Source: a virus
Lineage: Duplodnaviria > Caudoviricetes
Strand: one strand, 5' to 3'
Length of the DNA: 64,000 bases
IMG/VR virus record: IMGVR_UViG_3300021256_000066
Coordinates: 1 to 64,000 of that record
The position numbers and the translations under genes were made by a program. The notes beneath the pieces were generated by a model. It worked only from the letters and a program-made list of their open reading frames with translations, did no database searches and was not told the origin of the DNA. Positions 46,466-56,705 of this stretch are shown here, piece after piece (the stretch's first letter is position 1; each line of letters begins with the position of its first letter).

Positions 46466-46744
46466 ATGAAATATAATACATTTTATTCCCACAAACTGAA
46501 ATGTGAGGTTAGGCAAATAAATGTAAGAACCGCAAAGAAACTCTTTGAGAATGGGAAAGGTATTTTCTTTCAATCCTCAAATATGACATTTGACAATGTA
46601 TGGCACACACCATTCTTTTTTAATGCAGAGTGCGCAAATGGTCAAAGTTTCGAAACTCTTTGTAACTCATACAGATATTATAATTGCGACAATTACAGAG
46701 GGAAATATATCAATTACTTTATGAGGGTTTCGGATTTCTCATAA
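46466..46744 (+). CDS. Hypothetical early protein
   Basis: 92 aa, hairpin leader. Confidence 0.7.
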   Translation: MKYNTFYSHKLKCEVRQINVRTAKKLFENGKGIFFQSSNMTFDNVWHTPFFFNAECANGQSFETLCNSYRYYNCDNYRGKYINYFMRVSDFS

Positions 46745-46799
46745 TACCCCATACCCCTACATTATAGGCAATTTATAGAATCCCTAAAATATTGCAGAT

Positions 46800-47063
46800 A
46801 TGAAAAAAATGGCATACATCAAAGTTAATGGTACGACATTTGGCTACATTTGGCAATGTACCAAAAACAAAGAGTATTTTGTTAATTGGTGTGGGTGTAA
46901 TGGTGGTGAGTTTGCGCAATGGTGCAAACAGATTGCAGAGATACCAAACGCAATAAACTCAATCTTTGGTGTGAGGGTTTCTTTAAAACCTTTGAAATGG
47001 TGTGCAAATTCTTTCGACCAGATTGCAGCAGATCACCCCACAATTATAGAGAATATTATCTAA
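46800..47063 (+). CDS. Hypothetical early protein
   Basis: 87 aa. Confidence 0.7.
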   Translation: MKKMAYIKVNGTTFGYIWQCTKNKEYFVNWCGCNGGEFAQWCKQIAEIPNAINSIFGVRVSLKPLKWCANSFDQIAADHPTIIENII

Positions 47064-47109
47064 TCCCTACATTATAGACATATTATAGAATCACTTAAAT
47101 ATTATAGAT

Positions 47110-47559
47110 ATGGCAAAGATTGATATTTCAAAAGAGAGTTTAGAGAGTTTTAGCCACAATAAAAATGTGTGTGGTATCTCTCAAAGTGAGGTGATCACAA
47201 AGAGAATGATTGCACCCATTGATGAGAAAAACGTTACATCCGATTGGATAGAGCAAATATTTGACGGATATAATTGTACCTATACAGAGGTAAAACGCAC
47301 ACACAAATATTGCGGTTTCGTTGGTGGTGAATTGGTGATGTGTTCTTACACCTTTGGCACAAATACCCTGCAATGGTGGATTGTTATACCCTCTTATGAT
47401 AGTGAAACCGCATACCATTACAATGAGAGATTGCAGAGAGTAAACTCTATCTTATTAGAGAGATTGCAAAAATTTGAGAATGATGAGAGTGATCTGTTTT
47501 CCTACATTGATAACAAAGGTTATTTGATTTATCAGGATTTCTATTTCAAAGGTGAGTAA
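47110..47559 (+). CDS. Hypothetical early protein
   Basis: 149 aa. Confidence 0.7.
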   Translation: MAKIDISKESLESFSHNKNVCGISQSEVITKRMIAPIDEKNVTSDWIEQIFDGYNCTYTEVKRTHKYCGFVGGELVMCSYTFGTNTLQWWIVIPSYDSETAYHYNERLQRVNSILLERLQKFENDESDLFSYIDNKGYLIYQDFYFKGE

Positions 47560-47604
47560 TCCCACATTATAGGCATATTATAGAATCACTTAAAAATTAC
47601 AGAT

Positions 47605-47955
47605 ATGGCAAAGTTTACGATAGATTTAGACTATTTCGACATTAAGAGTAAATCTTTGGTTGGTGATATGTGTTTCTTCTTTGAAACCTCATTGGAAAAC
47701 TCTATTTGGTGTGAATCTGCAAAAGAGATGCAACAGAGTTTTGAGGATGGTTTCAATGGTGGTGATATTGGCAATGAGATCGAAAACCCAGAAATCCACA
47801 ATGTATGTGAGGTGGTAGATGAGTTTGGTATGATTGGGTATCCTAAAATCTCTAATATAGTTCTGCTGCAAAATCAGAGAGATTTAGAGAATCATATCCG
47901 GAAAATGGTTTCACAGAAATACCCACAATCGGAAATCAAAGTTTGGTATAAGTGA
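47605..47955 (+). CDS. Hypothetical acidic early protein
   Basis: 116 aa. Confidence 0.7.
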   Translation: MAKFTIDLDYFDIKSKSLVGDMCFFFETSLENSIWCESAKEMQQSFEDGFNGGDIGNEIENPEIHNVCEVVDEFGMIGYPKISNIVLLQNQRDLENHIRKMVSQKYPQSEIKVWYK

Positions 47956-48033
47956 TACCCATTATAGAGAGTTTATAGAATCACAGATAAATTTAGAACC
48001 GAAACCCCAATGTGATAACAGGGGATTACGACA

Positions 48034-48303
48034 ATGAGTAAAACAGAGATTTTAAAGAATGCTTACAACCGCATAAAGAATGGCGAAACATTGGTATGTA
48101 ATGGGTGTGTAATGTGGAAATATTATGATCCGTTTGCAGGGCATAATGTAATAGAATGGCGCAATTTCGGACAAAGTGCAAACCGCATGAATTTCGACAA
48201 TTTCAAATGGATTGTAGAGGTGATCGCAAAGAGTATAGATTACATCTTTGAAACCCCACAAGAGTATGCACAAAGAAAGAACATACCATTGTATTTGGTT
48301 TAA
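48034..48303 (+). CDS. Hypothetical early protein
   Basis: 89 aa, hairpin leader. Confidence 0.7.
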   Translation: MSKTEILKNAYNRIKNGETLVCNGCVMWKYYDPFAGHNVIEWRNFGQSANRMNFDNFKWIVEVIAKSIDYIFETPQEYAQRKNIPLYLV

Positions 48304-48389
48304 TATCTCTTTATAGGTATATAGAGAGTTTATAGAATCAGAGAATTATTAGAACCGAAACCACAATGTGATAATAGTGGATTACAAAG

Positions 48390-48851
48390 ATGGCAAAGAA
48401 TTTAGAGTTTATCAATGTATTAGAGGATTCTTACCCATTGTATGAGTATTGCAAAGAGAATGGTTTTACCGATTGTGAGGATTACGATGAGTGGTTTGAC
48501 AATGGTGGTGAGTTGAGTTTCTTTGAGGGTGATCCCGACATTATCAAAGTGAATGGTGAGATAGGTTATTTCTGCAAATGTGGTGATGTGGTTTTCTACT
48601 ACTTTGATGATTGTTTCACACATGATGCAGAACAGATACTCAAAGGTTTCTTTGCAGCATTCAATGTGGGTACTACCATTGGCGGTGAGAGTTGGATGAG
48701 TGGTGAGTTACCAAAGGGTGTGAGTGATGCAGCAGAGATACAGAATTGGGATGTGTGGGAAAAGATTAGATGCGGTATTGCATACAGAGGTGGTGCCGGA
48801 TATACCTACACTATACAGAGTTGGGGTAACTATTTGAGGTATGCAGCATAA
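48390..48851 (+). CDS. Hypothetical acidic early protein
   Basis: 153 aa, hairpin leader. Confidence 0.7.
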   Translation: MAKNLEFINVLEDSYPLYEYCKENGFTDCEDYDEWFDNGGELSFFEGDPDIIKVNGEIGYFCKCGDVVFYYFDDCFTHDAEQILKGFFAAFNVGTTIGGESWMSGELPKGVSDAAEIQNWDVWEKIRCGIAYRGGAGYTYTIQSWGNYLRYAA

Positions 48852-48950
48852 CCCCATATTATAGACATTATAGGAAATCAGAGATATTACAGATAAACAA
48901 TTTAATTCATAAGAACCGAAACCACAATGTGATAATAGTGGATTACAGAG

Positions 48951-49637
48951 ATGAAGAACTATAAAGTAAAGTTATTCCATTTTGATGAGTTATCAGAGGA
49001 TGCAAAAGCAAAGGTGTGCGATAAGGAGAGAGAGAGTGATTATAACTTTGGCTATCTCTCACAAGAAACAGATGCAGAGGAAAGAATCGCCACATTGGAT
49101 AAGTTCTGTGAGGTATTTGGCATTAAGTATAATATAGATTACGATCATAATCACAGATTCATCGAATGGCATTTCCTGGATGTGGATATGAATGGGTATG
49201 ATTGGTGTGATGAGGATATAGAGGGTAAGTATCTGTTGAGATTTCTCAATCGCTACTACTTTGATATTCTCTCAAAGAAATACTACTCATGCAATCAGCA
49301 TTACGATGAGAATGGCAAATTCCATTACGCACACAGATATTCACGTTTTCAGTATGAGAGAGGTAATTGTCCTTTTACCGGAATGTGTTACGATTGCGAC
49401 ATATTGGATAAGATTTTTGAGTGGTATGACAAACCTAATTGGAAAATCTCTTTGCATGATCTCTTTGAGGATGTTTTCTCTCACTATATGAGTTTGTGGG
49501 AAAGTGAGGATGATTACCGCATGAGTGATGAACACATTTCCGACATGATTTCTGCTAATTGGGGTGATAAACTCTACTTTGAGGATGGTAGAGAGTTTAA
49601 CGGCAATGAGGATGATTTAGAACCGATTGCAGCATAA
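48951..49637 (+). CDS. Acidic early protein of the F.ELS..AK...SDE.I...I.AN..F.EDG type
   Basis: Terminal motifs recalled from mobile-element proteins often labelled antitoxin-like; function unverified. Confidence 0.7.
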   Translation: MKNYKVKLFHFDELSEDAKAKVCDKERESDYNFGYLSQETDAEERIATLDKFCEVFGIKYNIDYDHNHRFIEWHFLDVDMNGYDWCDEDIEGKYLLRFLNRYYFDILSKKYYSCNQHYDENGKFHYAHRYSRFQYERGNCPFTGMCYDCDILDKIFEWYDKPNWKISLHDLFEDVFSHYMSLWESEDDYRMSDEHISDMISANWGDKLYFEDGREFNGNEDDLEPIAA

Positions 49638-49732
49638 TTATAGGGTAAGTGAGAAATTAAGCGATTACAAACGATTATAGATAGGAATTAGAACCGATCC
49701 CCGAATGTGTATATAAGAGTGGGTTTATAAAG

Positions 49733-50005
49733 ATGAAGAAAAACGATATTTACAGAGAGTTTCAAAGGATTGCAGCAGAGGTAGTGGGTGACAACCGCAA
49801 AGCTCAAAAGTATTATGTGATGCAGATGTGCGAACAGTTGGGTAAGGTGAACCACAAGAACCCATTTGTGATGTGGTGCAGCAGGAAAAGATGTATGGTG
49901 TATCAGAGTGGTATGGTAGAGAAACCTACACCAAAAAACTCACAGAATGGTGCATACTACCTTTTCCGCAATAACTCACAGAGTGCAGAGAGAGTATCTT
50001 TTTAA
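49733..50005 (+). CDS. Hypothetical early protein
   Basis: 90 aa. Confidence 0.65.
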   Translation: MKKNDIYREFQRIAAEVVGDNRKAQKYYVMQMCEQLGKVNHKNPFVMWCSRKRCMVYQSGMVEKPTPKNSQNGAYYLFRNNSQSAERVSF

Positions 50006-50063
50006 GTGAAGAGTGAATAGTGAAGAATTACATATTATAGAACCGGTAAAATATCACAGAATT

Positions 50064-50609
50064 ATGAACAATGATGTATATATGGTGGAATACAAAGGTA
50101 AGAAATTCCCCACAAGAGAGATTGAGATTGAACACTACATTAAGGGTATGGGTGTAGTAACTATTGCCGATTGGGAATTGTGGAAAACAATAGAGGATGA
50201 TTGCCGAAATGGGGATAGCAGAGCAACCGCAATCGACAATGGCATATTCTACTACTGCAATTCGGGAATGATAGCAAGCAATCCGTCTGATACAGAACTT
50301 ATCTACTCTGTATTGAGGGGTATGCACAATGAGGATGATTTTACGGATGAGTGGTGGTACAATCTAATGCGCAATGCAACCTTTGAGATTGCACAGATGC
50401 ACGAAAGAGGTGAGATCAACTGCAATGTAGAGGGTTATGAGTGTGGTGGTTATTATTCGGTGTATGGTTATAGTGATGGTGTGAATCACTCTCTTTATGA
50501 GGGTAAGAGTGCAAAGATGGCTGCAATGGCTGCAATGAGTGCAATCACCACCATCCGGCTGATGAACTATCCGTATTGGAGTATCACAGAGGGTGTAAGT
50601 ACATTATAG
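50064..50609 (+). CDS. Hypothetical early protein
   Basis: ATT-ATG at 50064. Confidence 0.7.
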   Translation: MNNDVYMVEYKGKKFPTREIEIEHYIKGMGVVTIADWELWKTIEDDCRNGDSRATAIDNGIFYYCNSGMIASNPSDTELIYSVLRGMHNEDDFTDEWWYNLMRNATFEIAQMHERGEINCNVEGYECGGYYSVYGYSDGVNHSLYEGKSAKMAAMAAMSAITTIRLMNYPYWSITEGVSTL

Positions 50610-50660
50610 AGTTTATAGGATATTAGAGATATTACAAACAATTTAATTCAGAATAAGATT

Positions 50661-51245
50661 ATGGCACAGAAATATTCGTTTAAGACAATGTGGATTGATG
50701 ATAAGGAAATGTTTTCAGTTTCATTGTTATGCAATGGTGAGGTGGTAGAAACTCACACATTCAAAGGACACCAGGATATGATGATGTGGATTTCGGACAC
50801 AATGGCAGGGTTGCAACTCTGTGGCGATGATTGGGAATTTGTATGCAAAGAGAGAACCTATATTGAGAAACCCAAAGACAATAACCTTGATGCGCTATTC
50901 AATAGTGTGGTGGAAAAGAGACAATCAGATTACGATAAGCGCAGAGCAGAGGGTAAGGCAAAGGAAAGAGAGTGGATGCAGAGAACACAAGAGTTTTTCG
51001 CAAAGATCGAGTTCTTAAATCAGTATGGTTTCGGTTTCCACATTTCAGAGGAAAAGGAAACTGGTTGCACCTCTTATCCCGATGAACATAGAATATATAT
51101 CCGTCCTTCAAAAACTCATGGGCGTATCAATGTAATGCCGAATGGTGACATACATTGCTCTTGCTATGTAGGCACTTACGACAAGACATTCAAGAGTGTA
51201 GAGGAATTTGTGAAAGCAATGGCAGAGTGTATCAGAATGAAGTAA
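50661..51245 (+). CDS. Hypothetical early protein
   Basis: 194 aa. Confidence 0.7.
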   Translation: MAQKYSFKTMWIDDKEMFSVSLLCNGEVVETHTFKGHQDMMMWISDTMAGLQLCGDDWEFVCKERTYIEKPKDNNLDALFNSVVEKRQSDYDKRRAEGKAKEREWMQRTQEFFAKIEFLNQYGFGFHISEEKETGCTSYPDEHRIYIRPSKTHGRINVMPNGDIHCSCYVGTYDKTFKSVEEFVKAMAECIRMK

Positions 51246-51275
51246 CATTATATAACCGATTAAAATTCACAGACT

Positions 51276-51476
51276 ATGGCACAGAACAATATGCAATCAG
51301 ACGAGTTGGTAATCACTATCCGCATTACATTTGAGCATGACGGAAGAATGGGTGATCGGGATGAACGTAATGAGTATGTGGCTGCAAAGGTGATTGGCGA
51401 TGCGCTATCGCACACCCACACCATTGAGAACGGCATACAGATACACGACATCGAGAATTGTGGTGAGAATTGGTAA
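51276..51476 (+). CDS. Hypothetical early protein
   Basis: 66 aa. Confidence 0.6.
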   Translation: MAQNNMQSDELVITIRITFEHDGRMGDRDERNEYVAAKVIGDALSHTHTIENGIQIHDIENCGENW

Positions 51477-51537
51477 CATTATAGACATTATAGGAAATCA
51501 GAGTAATTAACGAATTAAACAATAGGAGAATTAAGTT

Positions 51538-52410
51538 ATGGCAAAAGAGATTAGTGTTTGTAAGGTAGATATGGGTAGAAACATTGAAAAACCCACAAAG
51601 GTGAATAGGTTTAAGAATTTCTGTACCTACTGCAAAGTACCCACAATAGGTTGGGGCAAGCCATTCTATGCAATCATGCAGGGTAAGTTGAGGGCAGTAA
51701 AGTTCATTCGTATTGAATACTACACCTACAATACCTTTAACAACACAGATAGTTTGGAGTGTAAGTTTGCAGTAATCTATCTTGATGTGGCAGGAATTGG
51801 TGAGGTGAAAGTTTCAGCACACTATTGGTACGACATTCCATTCTCTATCTTTGAGAGTGTAGAGGATTTCAGAAACAATGTGGAGTACGATGTTAGTCAC
51901 GATGCAGGTGAGGTACACCTTTTAGATATGCTGCATGATGTTGCAAATGGTAGGCAGATGTTTAAGCATATTAGTGCAGGAGAGAATGATACCCTATTGC
52001 AGTTTGTGTGGGATGCAGCAAAGTGTGAGGTGAGAACCGCTTACACAGAGATACCCTCATGTATCAGTTACACAGAGAGAGAGGGTTTCTATACCAAAGA
52101 GAAATGGGTATTAGGCAATGGCAGATTTGCCACAAGAGAGGATTGTGAGAATGCCAACAATGTAGAGGTGGTGGAGTTTGAGGACGATCCTACTCACATT
52201 GAAAAGGATTTGCGCAAGCAGATTCGTACTGAAGTAATGCGTACCTTTGCTGATTGGCTAACTGCATCCGACATTGAGAATATGGCAGAGAGTATCATTG
52301 ATGATTGTGTTGAGGATGTTAAGGTATGCAGCGACTACCCACACTACAATGATGATGATGTGCGTATTGCCATTCAGAGGGTAATTCTTAACAGAGTGGT
52401 TGGTGAGTAA
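51538..52410 (+). CDS. Hypothetical early protein
   Basis: 290 aa. Confidence 0.75.
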   Translation: MAKEISVCKVDMGRNIEKPTKVNRFKNFCTYCKVPTIGWGKPFYAIMQGKLRAVKFIRIEYYTYNTFNNTDSLECKFAVIYLDVAGIGEVKVSAHYWYDIPFSIFESVEDFRNNVEYDVSHDAGEVHLLDMLHDVANGRQMFKHISAGENDTLLQFVWDAAKCEVRTAYTEIPSCISYTEREGFYTKEKWVLGNGRFATREDCENANNVEVVEFEDDPTHIEKDLRKQIRTEVMRTFADWLTASDIENMAESIIDDCVEDVKVCSDYPHYNDDDVRIAIQRVILNRVVGE

Positions 52411-52488
52411 TCTTATTATAGAGTTTATAGGATATTAGAGATACAATTCAGAACCGAAACCGCAATGCGATAATGGCGGAGTAAGACA

Positions 52489-53190
52489 ATGAAAGAGAAT
52501 ATTGCAGTATTGTTGGCAGAGAGGAACGATTTGGTGGAGAAGTTCAACAAGCGTAAGGACTATGCAGTCCAGGGTACGCAGGACAGAATGGATGAGATTT
52601 GCCGGCAGATAGACAGTCTGATGACAGAGGACAACTCCATTGAGGTGACTTTTTTAGAGTATGGTGTGGTGAGGTACACACAATCACAGATTGATGAGTT
52701 GAAAGCAAAGGGAGTGGATTTATTTCGCTATACGAAGAAAGCAGACGGGATGTACGATCATACGGAGAAGATACTCAAGCAGGGCAGGGTGATACTCTCT
52801 GATAATGACGAGAAGAATCGGTTTTTTCTCTTCTGCATTGGCTACCACAAGTATTTGGATGAGTACACTCCATTCTACCATATCCATGATCACTATCCCT
52901 GCTATCCCCACAAGATACAAAACTCTCTTGACATCTATGAGGGTACATACAAGAATCAGTTTGTGGATGATTTTGTCTATACGACTGCAAACGGAGAGTT
53001 GGCAATCAAGTATGGCAATAAGAGAGTGGATAGTTGGAATACCGCATACAACTGCGTATTGACTACCTCTATTCATGCCAACCTATTCAGCATTAGTCCT
53101 GCATTGATAAGCAAGAACCGCAAAGAGGTGCAGCGTTATGAGGGCAACCGATGGTATCACACTAACCGCATGATTGGGAGTTATCAGTAA
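52489..53190 (+). CDS. Hypothetical early protein
   Basis: 233 aa, hairpin leader. Confidence 0.75.
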   Translation: MKENIAVLLAERNDLVEKFNKRKDYAVQGTQDRMDEICRQIDSLMTEDNSIEVTFLEYGVVRYTQSQIDELKAKGVDLFRYTKKADGMYDHTEKILKQGRVILSDNDEKNRFFLFCIGYHKYLDEYTPFYHIHDHYPCYPHKIQNSLDIYEGTYKNQFVDDFVYTTANGELAIKYGNKRVDSWNTAYNCVLTTSIHANLFSISPALISKNRKEVQRYEGNRWYHTNRMIGSYQ

Positions 53191-53227
53191 ACATATTATA
53201 GACATTATAGGAAATCAGAGTAATAAC

Positions 53228-53300
53228 AACTTTTCGATTAAGCGAGTAAAATCAAATGTATTTGAATTGTCGAGCGTGAGAAAAGTCAAACGAAGTTTAA
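53228..53300 (+). repeat. GCGAG...CGAGCGTGAG element inserted in a conserved leader
   Basis: Interrupts the AACAA|TTTAATTCAG leader seen intact at 55805. Confidence 0.65.
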
Positions 53301-53319
53301 TTTAATTCAGAATAAGATT

Positions 53320-54051
53320 ATGGTACAGATTGAAAAGATAGACGGAATGTATAAGTGGGATTTGAACCGCATGGTGGATGATTGCTCAAAGAGGATTGGC
53401 GATAATGGCTACTTTGGCAGTTGGCACAAGATTCAGATAGACGGAAAGCAGACGATGGTGTATTGCGATGATAGGGATGCACTCTGCTTTACTGCAATCA
53501 ATGAGTGGTTTGACGAGGTGGTAGTGTTGGAATGGAGTGGTGACTATCGTTGGAATAGCGACAAACCCGCAATCGTAAGGAATGGCGATAAGTTCAATAT
53601 AGTGGAATGTCCCAAAGGTGGAATGTATAATAGCAGCAAGAAAATGCGCTTGCTCTGTGATGTGTGGTTTGAGTTAGTGGGTGATCCCAAATGGAAGTTT
53701 GACGATGAGCTGCATACCTACTGCATCATGGCAAAGATAGATGGCAATGTGGTGAAGATTACCAAAGAGGGTAGCATTGTAGAGGGAAACCCTCAAGAAC
53801 TGATGGCAGAGGTTAGCCATTATAGCATGGATGAGATATTAGAGAAGTGGATTCGTGCAGGCAAACGCTGCATCTATCGTGAGGGATGGGCATACAGAGG
53901 TGCAAAGTCAAAGGTTATCAGCAATGAGGATGCAGAGAGAATGTTACCTCAATACCATTTCGGCAAAGGATTCTATGAGTTGCGTTGGACGATGGATGAT
54001 GGCAAGGTAGCATTGGAGTTCAATGAACTATCAGTATTGGATATGGAGTAA
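53320..54051 (+). CDS. Hypothetical early protein
   Basis: 243 aa. Confidence 0.75.
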   Translation: MVQIEKIDGMYKWDLNRMVDDCSKRIGDNGYFGSWHKIQIDGKQTMVYCDDRDALCFTAINEWFDEVVVLEWSGDYRWNSDKPAIVRNGDKFNIVECPKGGMYNSSKKMRLLCDVWFELVGDPKWKFDDELHTYCIMAKIDGNVVKITKEGSIVEGNPQELMAEVSHYSMDEILEKWIRAGKRCIYREGWAYRGAKSKVISNEDAERMLPQYHFGKGFYELRWTMDDGKVALEFNELSVLDME

Positions 54052-54112
54052 CCCTTTATAGCGAGTGTAAGAAATCAGAGTAGAAACAATTAAAGTATAG
54101 GAGAAACAAGTT

Positions 54113-54880
54113 ATGATTATCAATATTGAGTTTACAACCGCAAGAGGTTACAAGTATGAGACGATGCGCACAGAGTTTGACCGCAACTATCGGGATGAGG
54201 AACAGGCATTGATCTTCGTGGAGAGCGAGGAGGATGATTTCAATGGCTACTTTGAGGTGAACATCCGCAAGGACAAGCAGGGCAAGGCTATCAGCGAGGG
54301 TTATGTGTGCGAGTATGCAAGCACAGAGGATAGCGACCCACAGACTATCTATGAGGATGCGAAGATTGAGGTCAAGCTGCATGACTTTGACGATGTGTTG
54401 GAGTTGGCTAATGCGGAACTGTGGCAGGATGATTTGCAGATTGTGTTGGAGTACGATGGTGAGTGTTATTGGGCTATCGGCACAGAGATTAAGGCTACAA
54501 AGGAAATTAAGTGGTATGTATCGGCAGACTTTGAGAACGAGGTGCGAGGGCATATCTATGAGTGTTGGGCACACGCAAGGGCTATGGCAAAGGAATTGGC
54601 AAAGACTGACGATAAACCGAAGATGTGGTGTGTGACTTATGTGGGTTTGTCGGATTCGGAGTACAAGGCTAATGGCTATTCAGAGGTTGCTCTGTATGCC
54701 ACAAAGGATGCAGCGAAAGCGAAACTGAAAGCATGGCGAGACAACGAGATTGCGGAACTGAAAGAGCAGGAACGTGACTATGAGATATTGGAAGATGAGG
54801 ACGATGAGTGCCGTATCAGTTGGTGCGGACATGGTGAGCAAATCCGCATTGAGGTACACGAAGTGGAGTTGAATAAGTAA
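54113..54880 (+). CDS. Highly acidic hypothetical protein
   Basis: 255 aa, D/E-rich. Confidence 0.75.
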   Translation: MIINIEFTTARGYKYETMRTEFDRNYRDEEQALIFVESEEDDFNGYFEVNIRKDKQGKAISEGYVCEYASTEDSDPQTIYEDAKIEVKLHDFDDVLELANAELWQDDLQIVLEYDGECYWAIGTEIKATKEIKWYVSADFENEVRGHIYECWAHARAMAKELAKTDDKPKMWCVTYVGLSDSEYKANGYSEVALYATKDAAKAKLKAWRDNEIAELKEQERDYEILEDEDDECRISWCGHGEQIRIEVHEVELNK

Positions 54881-54946
54881 ACCCCTACATATTATATACA
54901 TTATAGAATATTACAGAAATCAGCAACAATTTAATTCAGAAAGATT

Positions 54947-55495
54947 ATGAAGAAAGAGATTATTTTGGCAGTAGCCAATCAGATACAGAACATGATGTAT
55001 AACGACATTACTTGTGAGTATGGAGTGGAGAGTTTTGAGAGTTGGTGCAACGATGGTGAGGTGTTTGAGAACGAGGGTATGGATGCAGCCGATGTGAAAG
55101 AGTGTATGCAGTTGGTTAAGGTGGTTGCTCCATTGGTGGATAACTTGGTGATGAACAACCTCAATATCGACAATCCCGAAGTGGCGGTTGCGAAGAAAGA
55201 GTATGTGGTGCGGTCTATCTCATGGGATGATAAGTTGAATGCTATTATAGAGGCTGCGAGAAATGAGGGATTTGCCGAAGAGGTGGAGGATATAGACTTG
55301 CTCTCATATATCAAGGTGAACGACAAAGGAGAGAAAGAAACCTTTGAGGAACGTTTCGACTATATCGACACTACCACCATTCCGATATCTGTTCACTTTA
55401 TCTGTGGCACCGGCTATGAGAACTATTCCGTACCTATCGGATGGCTGACAGACGAGAGTATTGATAAACTCTATGAGTGCGTGATAAACAAGTAA
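54947..55495 (+). CDS. Acidic hypothetical protein
   Basis: 182 aa. Confidence 0.7.
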   Translation: MKKEIILAVANQIQNMMYNDITCEYGVESFESWCNDGEVFENEGMDAADVKECMQLVKVVAPLVDNLVMNNLNIDNPEVAVAKKEYVVRSISWDDKLNAIIEAARNEGFAEEVEDIDLLSYIKVNDKGEKETFEERFDYIDTTTIPISVHFICGTGYENYSVPIGWLTDESIDKLYECVINK

Positions 55496-55563
55496 TCACC
55501 TTTTATATATTATAGTGAGATTATAGGATTTAGTGAGAAATTAAAAGTATAGGAGATAAGATT

Positions 55564-55788
55564 ATGGGATGGATTAAAACACCAACGAAATCGAGCGAGG
55601 AAATCTTCAGCGAGATTGTCAAAGACAGACCGACTTGGAACGGACGGATTGGCGATAGCACAACACCATACGAATATTGGAGTGACTGGCTGCGTGATAA
55701 CTATGACCTCACAATAAAGCAAGCTGACGAGGTTTGCAGAGGACTTAAAGAGTATTACCATATAGAGCATTTCTATTATGGAGAGTGA
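55564..55788 (+). CDS. Hypothetical protein
   Basis: 74 aa. Confidence 0.65.
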   Translation: MGWIKTPTKSSEEIFSEIVKDRPTWNGRIGDSTTPYEYWSDWLRDNYDLTIKQADEVCRGLKEYYHIEHFYYGE

Positions 55789-55826
55789 GAAAAATCAGAG
55801 AAATAACAATTTAATTCAGTAAGATT

Positions 55827-56396
55827 ATGGATAAGACGAATAATACGATGTATTCAAAGGGTATGGTTGATAACATGATTGTGAGCGGTACTGCGGAGAA
55901 CCGCAAAGTGTTGAACGGCACAAACTATCAGTTTGACGAGATGGGCGAGTGCGAGATAGAGATGCGTTTCTTTGACGGATTGGCGGTGGCTACTGACGAT
56001 AGCGGAGTGGTGGTGCGCTATCCTAAGTTGAGCGAGGTGCAGGGGTCTGTAAAGATGCAGCAGGCTATCTACCGACATACGGGATTGAACTGCGCGAGTC
56101 AGTTTGATGTGGCTCTGACCTTTGGCAAGGCTGACCGCTATAAGATGGTGGCTGACTACGACATTTGGCGGTTGCAGGGCGACAACGAGGACTTGGATAT
56201 TACCGCTATACATTCTGCTGACGGAAAGTTTCTGTTTGATGTGTTGGAGGATGACTATGAGGAAATGATGAATGCTGACATCGTGGAGGATGGCTATCTG
56301 TGTGGGCAGCCTACTGACGAGCAGATCAAAGAGTGGCAGGCTAAGTATGGCATTCTGTGGACGGAGAACTTTACTAAGGAGTTGGTGGGTGCTTAA
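55827..56396 (+). CDS. Hypothetical protein
   Basis: 189 aa. Confidence 0.7.
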   Translation: MDKTNNTMYSKGMVDNMIVSGTAENRKVLNGTNYQFDEMGECEIEMRFFDGLAVATDDSGVVVRYPKLSEVQGSVKMQQAIYRHTGLNCASQFDVALTFGKADRYKMVADYDIWRLQGDNEDLDITAIHSADGKFLFDVLEDDYEEMMNADIVEDGYLCGQPTDEQIKEWQAKYGILWTENFTKELVGA

Positions 56397-56426
56397 CATT
56401 ATAAACTATATAGGAGATTAAGGACT

Positions 56427-56648
56427 ATGGTACATTTGGAGAGGAAGAATCCCGAAGTGAGGGAACATCTGACTGACGAGGGAGTGCAGATCGTGATGGA
56501 CGCTCTGTTGCACGAAATGGAGCGATACAACAAGGCAATGGACTTGGTGACGTACGGGAACGCACGTCATGCTATCGACTATGCGAAGAAAAAGGTTTAT
56601 CGGGTTTATCAAGTGATGAACAACCTTATGCCCGAAGATAAGGGGTGA
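56427..56648 (+). CDS. Hypothetical protein
   Basis: 73 aa. Confidence 0.65.
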   Translation: MVHLERKNPEVREHLTDEGVQIVMDALLHEMERYNKAMDLVTYGNARHAIDYAKKKVYRVYQVMNNLMPEDKG

Positions 56649-56705
56649 CACCACATTATAGACAATCGGAAATATCACAGAAGTTTAATTTAATTCAGTA
56701 AGATT

